Below, piece after piece: positions 20,371-34,679 of a DNA stretch of 64,000 nucleotides (positions are counted from its first letter, which is position 1; each line of letters opens with the position of its first letter). The notes beneath the pieces were generated by a model. That model had not been told where the DNA came from, made no database searches, and saw nothing but the letters and a program-made list of their open reading frames with translations. Where the stretch lies: the NCBI GenBank assembly GCA_965197905.1, contig CBDAOB010000002.1, positions 288,001 through 352,000 of the forward strand. Direction: 5' to 3'. The DNA comes from Candidatus Latescibacterota bacterium. GTDB taxonomy: Bacteria > Latescibacterota > UBA2968 > UBA8231. The position numbers were made by a program, and so were the translations under genes.

Positions 20371-21738
20371 TCAGCCGTCGATCTCGTAGGTTTTGATCTT
20401 CTGCACCAGCCCCCAACGGCTCATTCCCAATGCTTCGGCGGCGCGGGTGCGGTTGCCGTCGTTCTCTTCTAGGGCCGTGATGATCATCTCGCGCTCGACC
20501 TGGGCAAGGACATCCTTCAGCTTGCCTTTGCGCGGCACGTGAGCGGCCCCGCCGCCGGCACTCCCGATCCGTTCGGAAAGGTGGGTTACGTCGATGCGCT
20601 CGTCGTCACACAGCAGCGCGGCTCGCTCTATCTCGTTCTCCAGCTCGCGGCTGTTGCCGGGCCACTCGTAGGCGCCGAGGGCGTCCATGGCATGGGCGGT
20701 GAACCCCTGGGGACCTGCGCCCTCCCCATCTTTCTTGCCCAGAAAGTACAGCGCGAATTCCGGAATGTCCTCTTTGCGCTCGCGCAGAGGGGGTAGTGTG
20801 ATGGGAAAGACGTTGAGGCGGTAGAACAGGTCCTCGCGAAAGTCGCCCTTCTCTACTTCCGCTTTCAGATCGCGATTGGTCGCGGCGATGAGACGCACGT
20901 TCACCTTGCGGTCGCGGTCTTCTCCCACGCGACGGATCTCCCTCTCCTGGATGGCGCGCAGGAGGCGCACCTGCAGGGCGGCGCTGGTCTCGCCGATCTC
21001 GTCGAGAAACAGGGTACCGCCATTGGCGGACTCGAAGAGGCCGGGACGATCACTCACCGCGCCGGTAAAGGCGCCCTTGCGATGGCCAAAGAGCTCGCTC
21101 TCCAGCAGCTGTTCGGTCATGGCCCCGCAGTTGACGGCGACAAACGAATTGTCGCGCCGCGGACCTTCCTTGTGAATGCCACGGGCGAGGACCTCCTTGC
21201 CGGTGCCGGTCTCGCCGCCCAACAGAACGGTGGTGTCGCTGTCCATCACCTTGGTCAGCAGGTTGTAGACCCCTGCCATGGCGTGGCTCTTGCCGATGAC
21301 GCCGGCAAACTCCGCCCGGCCCTCGATCTCCTGGCGCAGGGAGAGGTTTTCTTTCTCCAGGCGGGCGATGCGCAGCATAGAGCGGATGCGGGCCCAAAGT
21401 TCGGCCTCGTCTATCGGTTTGGTCACGTAGTCGTCGGCGCCGGCGTCCAAACCGGCGACCTTGTCCTCGGTGGCGCCGCGGGCGGTGAGCATGATCACCG
21501 GCAGGGCGCGGCACTCGGGAGTGGCGCGCAACTTTTCGAGAACCTCGATGCCGCTCATCTCGGGCATCATCCAGTCGAGCAGGACCAGGTCGGGCTTGTG
21601 CTCGCTCAGTATCTGCAGGGCTTCAGCGCCGTTGGAGGCCGCAAGGGTATGGTAGCCCTGTTCCTCCAATTGCTGCTCTAGCAGGTCGACGTTGAAGGGT
21701 TCGTCGTCGACGATGAGTATGGTGGCGGGTGCGGCCAT
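20371..21738 (-). CDS. Sigma-54-dependent response regulator (NtrC family: REC-AAA+-Fis HTH)
   Basis: GETGTGKE, ESELFGHRKGAFTGA, LFLDEIGE, FREDLFYRLNV, WPGN, NRTRAAEALG. Confidence 0.95.
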   Translation of the reverse strand: MAAPATILIVDDEPFNVDLLEQQLEEQGYHTLAASNGAEALQILSEHKPDLVLLDWMMPEMSGIEVLEKLRATPECRALPVIMLTARGATEDKVAGLDAGADDYVTKPIDEAELWARIRSMLRIARLEKENLSLRQEIEGRAEFAGVIGKSHAMAGVYNLLTKVMDSDTTVLLGGETGTGKEVLARGIHKEGPRRDNSFVAVNCGAMTEQLLESELFGHRKGAFTGAVSDRPGLFESANGGTLFLDEIGETSAALQVRLLRAIQEREIRRVGEDRDRKVNVRLIAATNRDLKAEVEKGDFREDLFYRLNVFPITLPPLRERKEDIPEFALYFLGKKDGEGAGPQGFTAHAMDALGAYEWPGNSRELENEIERAALLCDDERIDVTHLSERIGSAGGGAAHVPRKGKLKDVLAQVEREMIITALEENDGNRTRAAEALGMSRWGLVQKIKTYEIDG

Positions 21739-21746
21739 GGCCGTAT

Positions 21747-22106
21747 TCAGGCCATGTGTTTTTCGATCTTGGCCCAGAGTTCGTCCTCGTCGATGGGTTT
21801 GGAAAGGTAGTCCTTGCAGCCGTATTCGTAAGCCCTGTCCTCGTCGCCGGCCATGGCGTGGGCCGTGACCGCGATGATGGGGATGTGTTTGAGGGCGGTG
21901 TCGGCCTGGATCTTCTGGGTGACTTCCCAGCCGTCCATTTCGGGCAGGGAGATGTCCAGAAGGATGAGGTCGGGCCTTTCCTGCTCCGCCTTCTCCAGCC
22001 CCTGTTTGCCGTCTACGGCCTCGACCAATTCGTAGTCGTCTTCAAGGAGCTGGACGAGCAGGTCGCGGTTGATCTCTACATCTTCGACGATCAGGATCTT
22101 CTTCAT
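21747..22106 (-). CDS. Single-domain response regulator (DivK/CheY-like)
   Basis: ILIVED, LLDISLPEMDG, TAHAM, YLSKP. Confidence 0.92.
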   Translation of the reverse strand: MKKILIVEDVEINRDLLVQLLEDDYELVEAVDGKQGLEKAEQERPDLILLDISLPEMDGWEVTQKIQADTALKHIPIIAVTAHAMAGDEDRAYEYGCKDYLSKPIDEDELWAKIEKHMA

Positions 22107-22153
22107 GATACGCTCTCTTTGCGGTTGAAGCCGTTAAAAAGGATCCGAACCCT

Positions 22154-26364
<4,211 letters not shown>

Positions 26365-27950
26365 TAACAAAGCCTCCTATGAGACGAACTGCTTTTCTCT
26401 GCAAGCCTGGGTGGTGGTTTCACGGTTCATAATCCTTGAGGCGCAGGGTGAAGGTCGTGCCTTTTCCTACTTCGCTCTCCACCGAAAGGGTGCCACCGAG
26501 AAGCGCTCCCGATTTCTGGGCAATGGCCAGCCCTAGGCCGGTGCCTTCCTGCGCGCCACCGCCCGGGCCATCCACCTGGTGGAATTCGTCAAAGATGTGC
26601 GGCAGCTCCTCGGAAGAAATCCCCACGCCCGTATCGGCAACCGCGAGTTCCGTCCACTCCCCAGCTGCCCGCAAGGACACCGTGATGTGGCCCTGTTCGG
26701 TGAACTTGACGGCGTTACTCAACAGGTTCATCAGGATGCGGCGCAGCCGATCTAGATCGGTGCGAACGGGGGCGACGTCCTCAACGTGCTGATCTAACTG
26801 CACGCCGGGTTTGACCAGCGAACAGATCGAAGTGACGCACTCGGCGACTAAGTGCTTCAGGTCTACCTGTTCGGGCTGAATATCCATGCGGCCAGCTTCG
26901 ATCTTGGACAGGTCCAGGATGTCGTTGATCAGGATGAGGAGGTGGTCGGCGCTGGTCTGGACGTTTTCCAGGTTGTGGTACTGGCGCTCGTCGATGCCGC
27001 CGCTGAGCTTGCGCAGGAGGATACGGGTGTAGCCGATGATGGCGTTCATGGGGGTGCGCAGGTCATGGGACATGCGCGCCAGGAAGTCGGATTTGTGGCG
27101 GTTGGCTTGCTGGATCTGCTGATTGGCCAGCTGGAGTTCCTGGTTGAGCCCAAAGAGTTCCTTGTTGGCCTCCGACAGGGCCTGATTGGATTCCTGCAGG
27201 CGGCGGTCGCGGCGGACCACACGGCCGCTCTGCCAGAGGATCAGCAAGACGGCCACACTCAGGGCGGAGATCCAGCCGACCTGCGCATACGGCAGATGGA
27301 CTTGTAAGACCACCGTGGCCGGCTCCGAGTAGTTGAGGTCGCGATCCACGGCCTTCACTTGAAAGACGTATTCGCCGCGGGGAAGATCGGTGTACTCCAC
27401 TTCGGTTGTGCGCGTGGTGCGCCACTCGTCGTCGTGGCCTTGCAAGCGGTAGATATAGACCATGCCGTCCGGGGGTGTGGTCATGCTCCTCCCCTGGAAC
27501 TCGAAGGTGAGAAATGCCTGCGACGACGGCAGGCGCAACTCCTGGACTGATCCGTAGCGGCGATCGGCGACTGCCTCCAGGTGAATGGCCGGGGGGATGG
27601 AAGAAGGTCGATAGCGAGTGATACCTCCGGATGTGGCGATCCAGATATCGCCGCGAGCGTCCTGGTGAAACTCACGAACCTCATCATTCACCAAGCCATC
27701 TTTCCTGGACAGGGTTTGGAACACCCTGCCATCATAGCGACTCACGCCGCCGCCGCGGGTAGCGAACCACAGATGGCCCTTTTGATCCTCCATGGCGGAC
27801 CACACCCAATCGTTCGCCAACCCATCCTCCGTAGTGAAGGTTGTAACCTGCTCTCCATCGTAGTGACTCACGCCCTTCTGTGTTGCAAACCACAGATGCC
27901 CTTGCCGGTCCTCCAACATGGCAAGTACGTTGTCCTCGACCAAACCCTCC

Positions 27951-28870
27951 GGACCGTGTCAAGAGAATGAGACACCTCCGTGAAATTTTAGAATATGGTC
28001 GCATTCGATGGCCGTTGTTCGGTTGGATGGATCCAGACTTCGCTGGGGACTTTGGGTGGCCGAGGTCTACCGTTGACGAAGCGCTCCGGATGCCTGCTGT
28101 AGGCGTCACAAGGACGTGTTGCCGGATGGAGTGCATCGGCGATCCAGAGCAACCCCAGGCCGCCGTGACGGTGTTCGTTGTACCAGCGTTTCGAAAGTAG
28201 GTCTGCGTGCAGAAACCCGGGTACTATTTGACGGTCTTGAACGATACGGGTTGTCTCATCGGCCGACTGTAACTGGCCAGGATGTCCAGGTCACCCAACT
28301 GGGAAAACGTCTTGGCCATCTTTCCTGGACAGTGAGGTCCCGGCACGATTGGCATGCAGCGCTGACAGACTCCCGCTGCCACCATCCAGGCATAGCGCGA
28401 GAACAGATCCAGTACCACGTAGAGCGCATAGGTGACCCACTTGCTGGACCCGGCAGGCGCGTGATGTCCCGTCCAAACCTGTTTCGGGGCGGTGGCCACC
28501 AGGCGCGGCGGCTCCCGCCGCCGCCGACGCTCGGTAGCGAACCACAGATGGCCCTTTTGATCCTCCATGGCGGACCACACCCAATCGTTCGCCAACCCAT
28601 CCTCCGGTAGTGAAGGTTGATCCCCAGGAGCTCGGAGGCTGTATCAGGATCGTCTCCGCCTGCTCGAGCCGTTGCCGCAGACTCTCCATCGTAGTGACTC
28701 ACGCCCTTCTGTGTTGCAAACCACAGATGCCCTTGCCGGTCCTCCAATGCCATGGCAAGTACTGGTTGTCCTCGACCAAACCCTGCCCTGGTACTCATCA
28801 TCTCGAACTCTCCGGTAAACTACAGTAAACTCGGAAGGGGAGATGTCTCACCTTAATTTGGCACGTAGGG
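27951..28870 (-). mobile_element. IS3-like insertion sequence, degenerate/mosaic
   Basis: Transposase fragments on the minus strand: LRQRLEQAETI…ASELLGI, LVATAPKQVW, YALYVVLDLFSRY, WYN-EHRHGGLGL, AYSRHPERFVNGRPRPPKVPSEVWI. Imperfect IRs TGTCAAGAGAATGAGACA (27957-27974) and TGTCTCACCTTAATTTGGCA (28844-28863). CTCC flanks at 27947-27950 and 28871-28874. Confidence 0.8.
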
Positions 28871-30289
28871 CTCCTCGGTTGTGAAGCCGGTGCCGTCATA
28901 GCGGCTTATGTCTGCATGGAGCCCTGCTATGCCAAACCACAGGTTTTCTTGTCGATCCTCCATCATCGAAGTCACCCAATTGCCTCCCAGGCCATCTTCG
29001 ATGGCGAAGGTGACAAATTCTCTCCCATCGTAGCGACTCACTCCGCCGCTGATGGTGCCGAACCACAGACGGCCTTGCCGATCCTCAAAAATGGACCACA
29101 CGTCATCCGCTGCGATGCCATCTTCGGTGGTGAAGGTGACAAACGCTTTCCCATCGTAGCGACTCAGCCCGTGTTGACTGCCGAACCACAGACGGCCCTC
29201 TTGATCCTCTATAGCGGTCCACACCCAGTTGCTCGCCAAACCGTCTTCAATGGTAAAGGTGACAAAATCCTTTCCGTCATAACGATGCACGCCGCCCCTG
29301 CTCGTGAACCACTTGGTTCCCTCCCGGTCCTCCAAAAGGGACCACATCCAATTGCTAAGGCCGTCCTGGGTGGTGAAAGTGGTGAGCTGGGCTCCATCGT
29401 AGCGACTTAGACCGCCACCCTGTGTCCCGATCCATAGGATCCCTTGCTCATCCTCACGTATTGAATTCACCCAGTTGTTCGCCAAGCCATCTTCAGTCGT
29501 GAACGTCGTGAAGTGTTCACCGTCGTAGCGACTTATGCCGCCGCCAAGTGTTCCGAACCACAGATGCCCCTGCCGGTCCTCCCAAATGGACCGAATTTGG
29601 TTATCTGTGAGGCCATCTTCGGTGGTGAAGTTGGTGAACTGTTTTCCATCATAACGAATGACCCCTGACTGTGCCCCAAACCACAAATGGCCCTGGCGAT
29701 CTTCACAAATGGAAATTACAGTATCGTCCACGAAGCCGTCTTCGGTGGTGAAGGTGGTGAAATAGGTTCCATCATAGCGGCTAATACCACCACCAGACTC
29801 AAGGACAGATCCCCCGCCAAACCACAGATTCCCTGCCCGATCCTCCAAGATGGAATCCACCAAATTGCGCAGCAGGCCATCCTCAGTGGTAAAGGTGCGG
29901 AACTCCTTTCCATCGTAGCGACTTACACCCTCAGTGGTGCCGAACCACAGATGGCCTTGCCGATCCTCCACTATAGACCGCACCTGATCGACCGGCAGGC
30001 CATCCTCGGTGGTAAAGGTGGTGAACTGCACTCCATCATAGCGACTGACCCCGCCACCCGTTCCAAGCCATAGATGCCCACGCGGATCTTCCCAAATTGC
30101 ACTTACACTATTATGAGCCAAGCCGTCTTCGGTGGTGAAGGTGGTGAACCGCACTCCATCATAGCGAATCAGCCCTCCTGACTGTGTCCCAAGCCACAGA
30201 TAGCCCTCCCGATCCTGCAGGATTTCAGTTACGAGTGTAGACGGGAGGCCATCCGGGACACTGAAGCTCTGCCACAATCCCTGTCGGAA

Positions 30290-30500
30290 CCCCCCTCCGG
30301 CCAGCACGCTCTTGCCAGATCCGGCGGGTGTGGTCTTGCCCGGACCTGCGGGTGTCATCCGGCCCGGTCCAGCCATTGTCCTCTTTCCCGGTCCAGCCGG
30401 TGTCGACCGGCCGGGTCCCGCTGCTTCCTGCCACATGCCCGAGCCGACCTCGACGGTTGATCCTGGACCGGCTAGCACCGACCTGCCCACTCCGGCCGGA
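30290..30500 (-). repeat. Degenerate ~24-bp in-frame tandem repeat encoding xAGPGxxx units
   Basis: PAGVGRSVLAGPGSTVEVGSG…AAGPGRSTPAGPGKRTMAGPGRMTPAGPGKTTPAGSGKSVLAGGG. Confidence 0.8.
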
Positions 30501-31052
30501 GCGGTGTAGAGCCCGAAACGATGGCGCAGGGCATCGTCTGCTCCGGCGGTTTCAAAGATCGTCCCCAAACCTCGCAAGAGGTTCTGCCAGGCCGGATCTT
30601 TTTGAACAGCCTCCTTTTTCTCGTTCCACTGGGCAGGCGTATCGAGCTCGAACAGCCGGCTGAAGACGCTGTCGATGGTAGCGCGGCCATGCTGAGAGGA
30701 TGCCACCAGGCCGTGTTGCTTCAGGATGGGTACGACCTGCTGCTGATAGGCGGATTCGAATTCGGCCATGCGCTCCGGCGGCATCCAGAAGGAAAGCCGG
30801 GCCAGGGTGGGCTCGGCGGCCCATCCCCGGGTAGTACCCAGTACCAGCACTATACCCGCTACAGCGACCGTGCGGATCAAAAAGGTCTCCAGTTTTTGCA
30901 TCTAGGTATCTCCCGTTGAGGTCACGCTACTAGGGTGCACCCCGTGTGCTGGGGCGCGACCGGCCTCCCCTTCCTGCCCAGCGCATAACCTGCGGACTCC
31001 CGGGAAATGTGTGTGAGAACACGGATATGTAATAGCCCCCAAGGCACACGCC

Positions 31053-31304
31053 TTAGCTTATGAGTGCGTCGACGTGCGTCAGTACGGCGCACACCCACCC
31101 AATGATCGCCGTCACCCCAACGACAGCTGTGATCCGTTCACGAGTGGGCAACGGTTTGTGGCTGGAAGACCTTTGAGGCCACAGGCCGAACGGGTTTGAC
31201 GGACATCTACGTTGCACGGAAGGACCACCCACTCGAAGATCGCCCGAAGCCACAGCGATGTAGTGGTCGAGGCCGAAGTCGCATTCGCGTCTTTGATTTC
31301 TCAT
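31053..31304 (-). CDS. Small protein (83 aa) with C-terminal hydrophobic segment
   Basis: GGAGGTGCAAA-ATG start directly downstream of a sigma-54 motif. ITAVVGVTAIIGWVCAVL TM-like segment. Confidence 0.55.
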   Translation of the reverse strand: MRNQRRECDFGLDHYIAVASGDLRVGGPSVQRRCPSNPFGLWPQRSSSHKPLPTRERITAVVGVTAIIGWVCAVLTHVDALIS

Positions 31305-31342
31305 TTTGCACCTCCAGGCATTGGGTTTCTGGTAGGGTCTAT

Positions 31343-31358
31343 CGCAAGGGCGGTGCCA
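31343..31358 (-). promoter_or_regulatory. Sigma-54 (-24/-12) promoter
   Basis: TGGCACCGCCCTTGCG, exact GG-N10-GC spacing. Confidence 0.8.
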
Positions 31359-31552
31359 GGCCGGGAGCCGGGCAGAAACGAATGCGCCCAGGATAGGTAT
31401 ATGTTGTTTAAAAACAGAGAGTTGAAATTTTCGGACGAACCTTGACGCTGACCGGACAGAGGCAGCCTGCCGGGCTCGGAAGTGTCAATAAAGTGGACAG
31501 TCCAGACGGCAATATTGTATAAGTGCTTCATTATTATCGAATTAACGCGGGT

Positions 31553-31591
31553 GTCAAGATACTTGTCGACGGTGCCAAAAAAATAGTCGGC
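31553..31591. promoter_or_regulatory. Putative sigma-54 activator enhancer (UAS), copy A
   Basis: GTCAA-N5-TTGTC plus AAAAAATAGTCGGC, ~195 bp upstream of the promoter, conserved with 34214-34251. Confidence 0.6.
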
Positions 31592-31642
31592 CGTGCACTT
31601 CGCAGCCGGCGCATCTTGAAGCAATTTCAGCATTGCCCGAGC

Positions 31643-33811
31643 TCACCGATGCCACAGATAGGAGATCTTGGCCAGGAGCCGTCGATCCGAGGTAACCAAT
31701 CCCTCCGGTCTGTCGTCCCGGGTCTCTTTGTAGGAGAGATAGAGGACGCTGCCGGGATGGAATTCGTAGCGCACCAGGCTGTTGACCAGATAGCGATCTT
31801 CGGCGCTGTTTCCCTGAAACAAAACCCGCCAGTAGAGGTTTGGCGTGAAGAGATAGTCCACTCCCAGGACGGTGATGAGGTGGGTGGACGAACGCTCGGC
31901 CGCCTCAAAGGGATCGCGGTGCAGATGGAACGCCTGGCCCGTCCAGGTCATCCTCGCTGTCGGTTTGACACTGAGACTGGTCTCGACGAAGCGGATGACA
32001 CTGCCGAAGTTGTCGCCCGTCCGGTAGGAAACCTTGCCGCGGAAGCGCGGATAAGGCCCGACCTCCAGCGAGAAGGCGCGCTGCGTATTGCGATAGCGCT
32101 CGCCGTCCTCGGGAAAGAAGAATCGGCTGCGCTCCACCTGAAGACCAGGCCGTATACGCCCCCAGGTTTCAACCGAGAATTTGGTCGAAAAGCCGTCCTG
32201 CACCCGCACCGTACCGGCCTGGTTGTGGAAGTACCACGCCTTCTGATCCAGGGCGATCTGCTCGAGACCGCGACGCTTGATCGAGTTGTGGTATCTGATC
32301 CAGGTACGTCCCCCCCGCCGGTCGAGGTGAGTGTTGCGGATGAAGCCGATCTGCTGGATGTCGAAGTCAGCGGTCACGTCTTCCAGGGTTGCGTCTATAA
32401 CGAGGTTGTCGCGCGCATTTAGCAGGCGGCCTGCATAGCGGAAGGCGAGGCTGCCCGCATAGCCTTCTCCAGCAGCGGCACGCTGACTGCGGTTGAGATT
32501 CGCCACCAGGCGCATGGTCTGGCTGAGCTGGAGGTTCAGATCCATGCCAGCCGCCCGGTTGAGGTCGTTGCGGTTTTGCGCGACCGCATCCTTGCTCACG
32601 GCCAGAAGTCCGATGGTCGAGGAGCCGAAGAGATCCTGCTTGAGACGCAGGGCGGTGAAGTTGTGCTGCGGATCGCGGCCGTCACCGGTCAGGACATCCA
32701 TGAAGCCAAAAGCAAGCGAGCCTGTCTTCCCCAAAAGCTTGCCGCCGGCGAGCATCTCTTGATCGCCCAGTCCGATGCGGCGGGTATAGAGCAACCGGGT
32801 GGGGGTCTGGAAGATCTCGGTGCCCTCGATAAAGAAGGGGCGCTTCTCGGGCAGGAAGAGCTCGTCGATACCCAGGTTAAATAGGAACTGGTCGGTCTCG
32901 AGGGTGGCAAAGTCGGGATTGAGAGCCAGGTTCATGCGCAGAGCGCTGGTGGGACTGTAGCGCAGGTCCAACCCCAGGCCCCGCTCCCAGGTGCCGGCCC
33001 GGCGGGCCGCGTCGGGTCTCTGGTGCTGGCCAAAGACCGAGCCCTGCGTGAGGTAGGGCAGGAAGACGACGGGCTGGCGCGTCGCCAATCCCTTCAATCC
33101 GGTAAGGTGGCCGTAGCGCGATACCTTAACGGCGCTCTTGCCGTAGTTGGGCCAGATGATGCGCTCCCGGGCGGCGATAGCGCGTACCGAGCTGGCAAAA
33201 CCCCAGGTGCCGTCCTCGGTCTCGCGGAAACGCAGTTCGCGCAGAGGCAGGGCGATTTCTCCGGACCAGCCGTCTTCTAGCAAGTGGATTTCGACCTGCC
33301 AGATGCCGTCCCAGTTGATATCGATGCTGACGCCCTCGTCGCCAATACGGCCGTCGAGCCGCGTGCCGGCGGGGTTGACGATGAAGAAGTAGGCATCGCG
33401 GTGGTCGTGAAAGGTGTCGAGCGCGAAGATGAAAGCATCGTTGTCCAGGATGCGACCGTCGCGCTGGAGCACGTTGGCGATCAGGGACGAGGGGTCGCCC
33501 GAGTGAATCTCAAAGCCGACGTAAAGGGTGTGCGCATCGTAGGCCACGCGGACGGCAGCGGGAAAGCCGGGTTCGGCTCCCTGGTTGGGCTGGCTCTGGA
33601 CGAAGTCGGTGATGGGCTCTGCGAGCTGCCAGCAGAGGTCGTCCAAACGGCCGTCCAAGACCGGGGGTTCATCGATGCGCAGGGCTCTGACTGTAGGCGC
33701 CGGTTCCCCCGACCTCGCCGGTGTGGCGAGAAGAGGAAAGCCGACGAGCAAGCTCAGAAGACCGAAGTGGACAAAGGCGTTCTTTGGGCGGAACGATTCT
33801 GATCCGTTCAT
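31643..33811 (-). CDS. Exported protein with CBM9-like N-domain and DUF5916-like region
   Basis: Signal peptide, PPVLDGRLDD, DTFHDHRDAYFFIVNPAG, NWDGIW, WSGEIALP, LNPDFA, PEKRPFFIEG, YTRRIG, C-terminal KISYLW. Confidence 0.8.
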   Translation of the reverse strand: MNGSESFRPKNAFVHFGLLSLLVGFPLLATPARSGEPAPTVRALRIDEPPVLDGRLDDLCWQLAEPITDFVQSQPNQGAEPGFPAAVRVAYDAHTLYVGFEIHSGDPSSLIANVLQRDGRILDNDAFIFALDTFHDHRDAYFFIVNPAGTRLDGRIGDEGVSIDINWDGIWQVEIHLLEDGWSGEIALPLRELRFRETEDGTWGFASSVRAIAARERIIWPNYGKSAVKVSRYGHLTGLKGLATRQPVVFLPYLTQGSVFGQHQRPDAARRAGTWERGLGLDLRYSPTSALRMNLALNPDFATLETDQFLFNLGIDELFLPEKRPFFIEGTEIFQTPTRLLYTRRIGLGDQEMLAGGKLLGKTGSLAFGFMDVLTGDGRDPQHNFTALRLKQDLFGSSTIGLLAVSKDAVAQNRNDLNRAAGMDLNLQLSQTMRLVANLNRSQRAAAGEGYAGSLAFRYAGRLLNARDNLVIDATLEDVTADFDIQQIGFIRNTHLDRRGGRTWIRYHNSIKRRGLEQIALDQKAWYFHNQAGTVRVQDGFSTKFSVETWGRIRPGLQVERSRFFFPEDGERYRNTQRAFSLEVGPYPRFRGKVSYRTGDNFGSVIRFVETSLSVKPTARMTWTGQAFHLHRDPFEAAERSSTHLITVLGVDYLFTPNLYWRVLFQGNSAEDRYLVNSLVRYEFHPGSVLYLSYKETRDDRPEGLVTSDRRLLAKISYLWHR

Positions 33812-33824
33812 GGTTGCCTTCCTC

Positions 33825-33953
33825 CTAGGCGCCCAGGACCGCTTTGATTGCGAAGATCAAGATGATCGGAGCTGCGATGATCAGGTTGACGAAACCGAAC
33901 GCGGCCAATTCGCGCTTCACGTCTTGTGAGTTTCTGATGATATTGGGGTTCAT
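33825..33953 (-). CDS. Small membrane peptide (42 aa), not in the ORF track
   Basis: GGAGGCCCAAA-ATG. MNPNIIRNSQDVKRELAAFGFVNLIIAAPIILIFAIKAVLGA*. Its stop overlaps the RBS of the next gene. Confidence 0.65.
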   Translation of the reverse strand: MNPNIIRNSQDVKRELAAFGFVNLIIAAPIILIFAIKAVLGA

Positions 33954-34001
33954 TTTGGGCCTCCAGCGAGAAGGTTGATGTGTGTGTCTGGCATGCTCTA
34001 T

Positions 34002-34017
34002 CGCAACGGCTGTGCCA
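34002..34017 (-). promoter_or_regulatory. Sigma-54 (-24/-12) promoter
   Basis: TGGCACAGCCGTTGCG, exact GG-N10-GC spacing. Confidence 0.8.
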
Positions 34018-34213
34018 GAAGGAAGCCCGGGGTGAAAATTAGTTTTACTTGGAGGGGATTATGCTGTTTGAAAACAGGTACTTGGATCTATTGCGCTAGA
34101 CTGTGATGGCAAGGTGCTAGCGATCTTCTCTTGGTCCCGAAACTGACCACGAACTGGACAGCGTCATGGGAGAATAGTATGTAAGCTCAGTATATTATGA
34201 GGGTTACAAAGTC

Positions 34214-34251
34214 GACAATATACTTGTCAGCGGCTACAAAAAATAGTCGGC
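34214..34251. promoter_or_regulatory. Putative sigma-54 activator enhancer (UAS), copy B
   Basis: Palindrome GACAA-TATAC-TTGTC plus AAAAAATAGTCGGC, ~197 bp upstream of the promoter. Confidence 0.6.
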
Positions 34252-34679
34252 TCCTGAGCCCCGCCGTAGAGGTAAACCGGTTCATTTGAGCGCAGGGGTT
34301 CTGGTGCCGCCGACCTCTCCGGATATGACTGGAAAGCGGTACAGGATATGTCCGGTTTTCGATCTAGGCTGTTGTCAATGGAGATGGCGGAGAGAACGGA
34401 GGCTGCGAACCCGAGCAGTTACATATAATTGTAGAGCGAGCGGCCCCGTGGCACCTGATCGGCCGCGGCGATGTGCACGTGGAAGAATTCAAGAAGCCTC
34501 ATCGAGAACGCGGCGAGCTCGGAGGAGATCCGCTGTTTGGAATCCCTCGGTGGATCTGCTGTAGATTCCGTCCAGCTGAGCATTCGCTTCATCGGCGCGG
34601 AACCCGGATCCCAACATGGCCACGCGCATGGTTCCTTGGCGCAACTAAAGATAGCGGCGTTTGTTTGTCCTATACTCGC

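Larger units (their letters stand above)
26420..30901 (-). pseudogene. Sensor histidine kinase (signal peptide, N-terminal unknown domain, AGPG-repeat linker, 14 Reg_prop blades, Y_Y_Y, TM, HisKA, HATPase) interrupted by an IS
   Basis: ORFs 28853-30901 and 26420-27943 join as …GFTTEE|GLVEDNV… when 27951-28870 plus one CTCC copy is removed. SHDLRTPMN, NAVKFT, GTGLGL. Confidence 0.85.
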
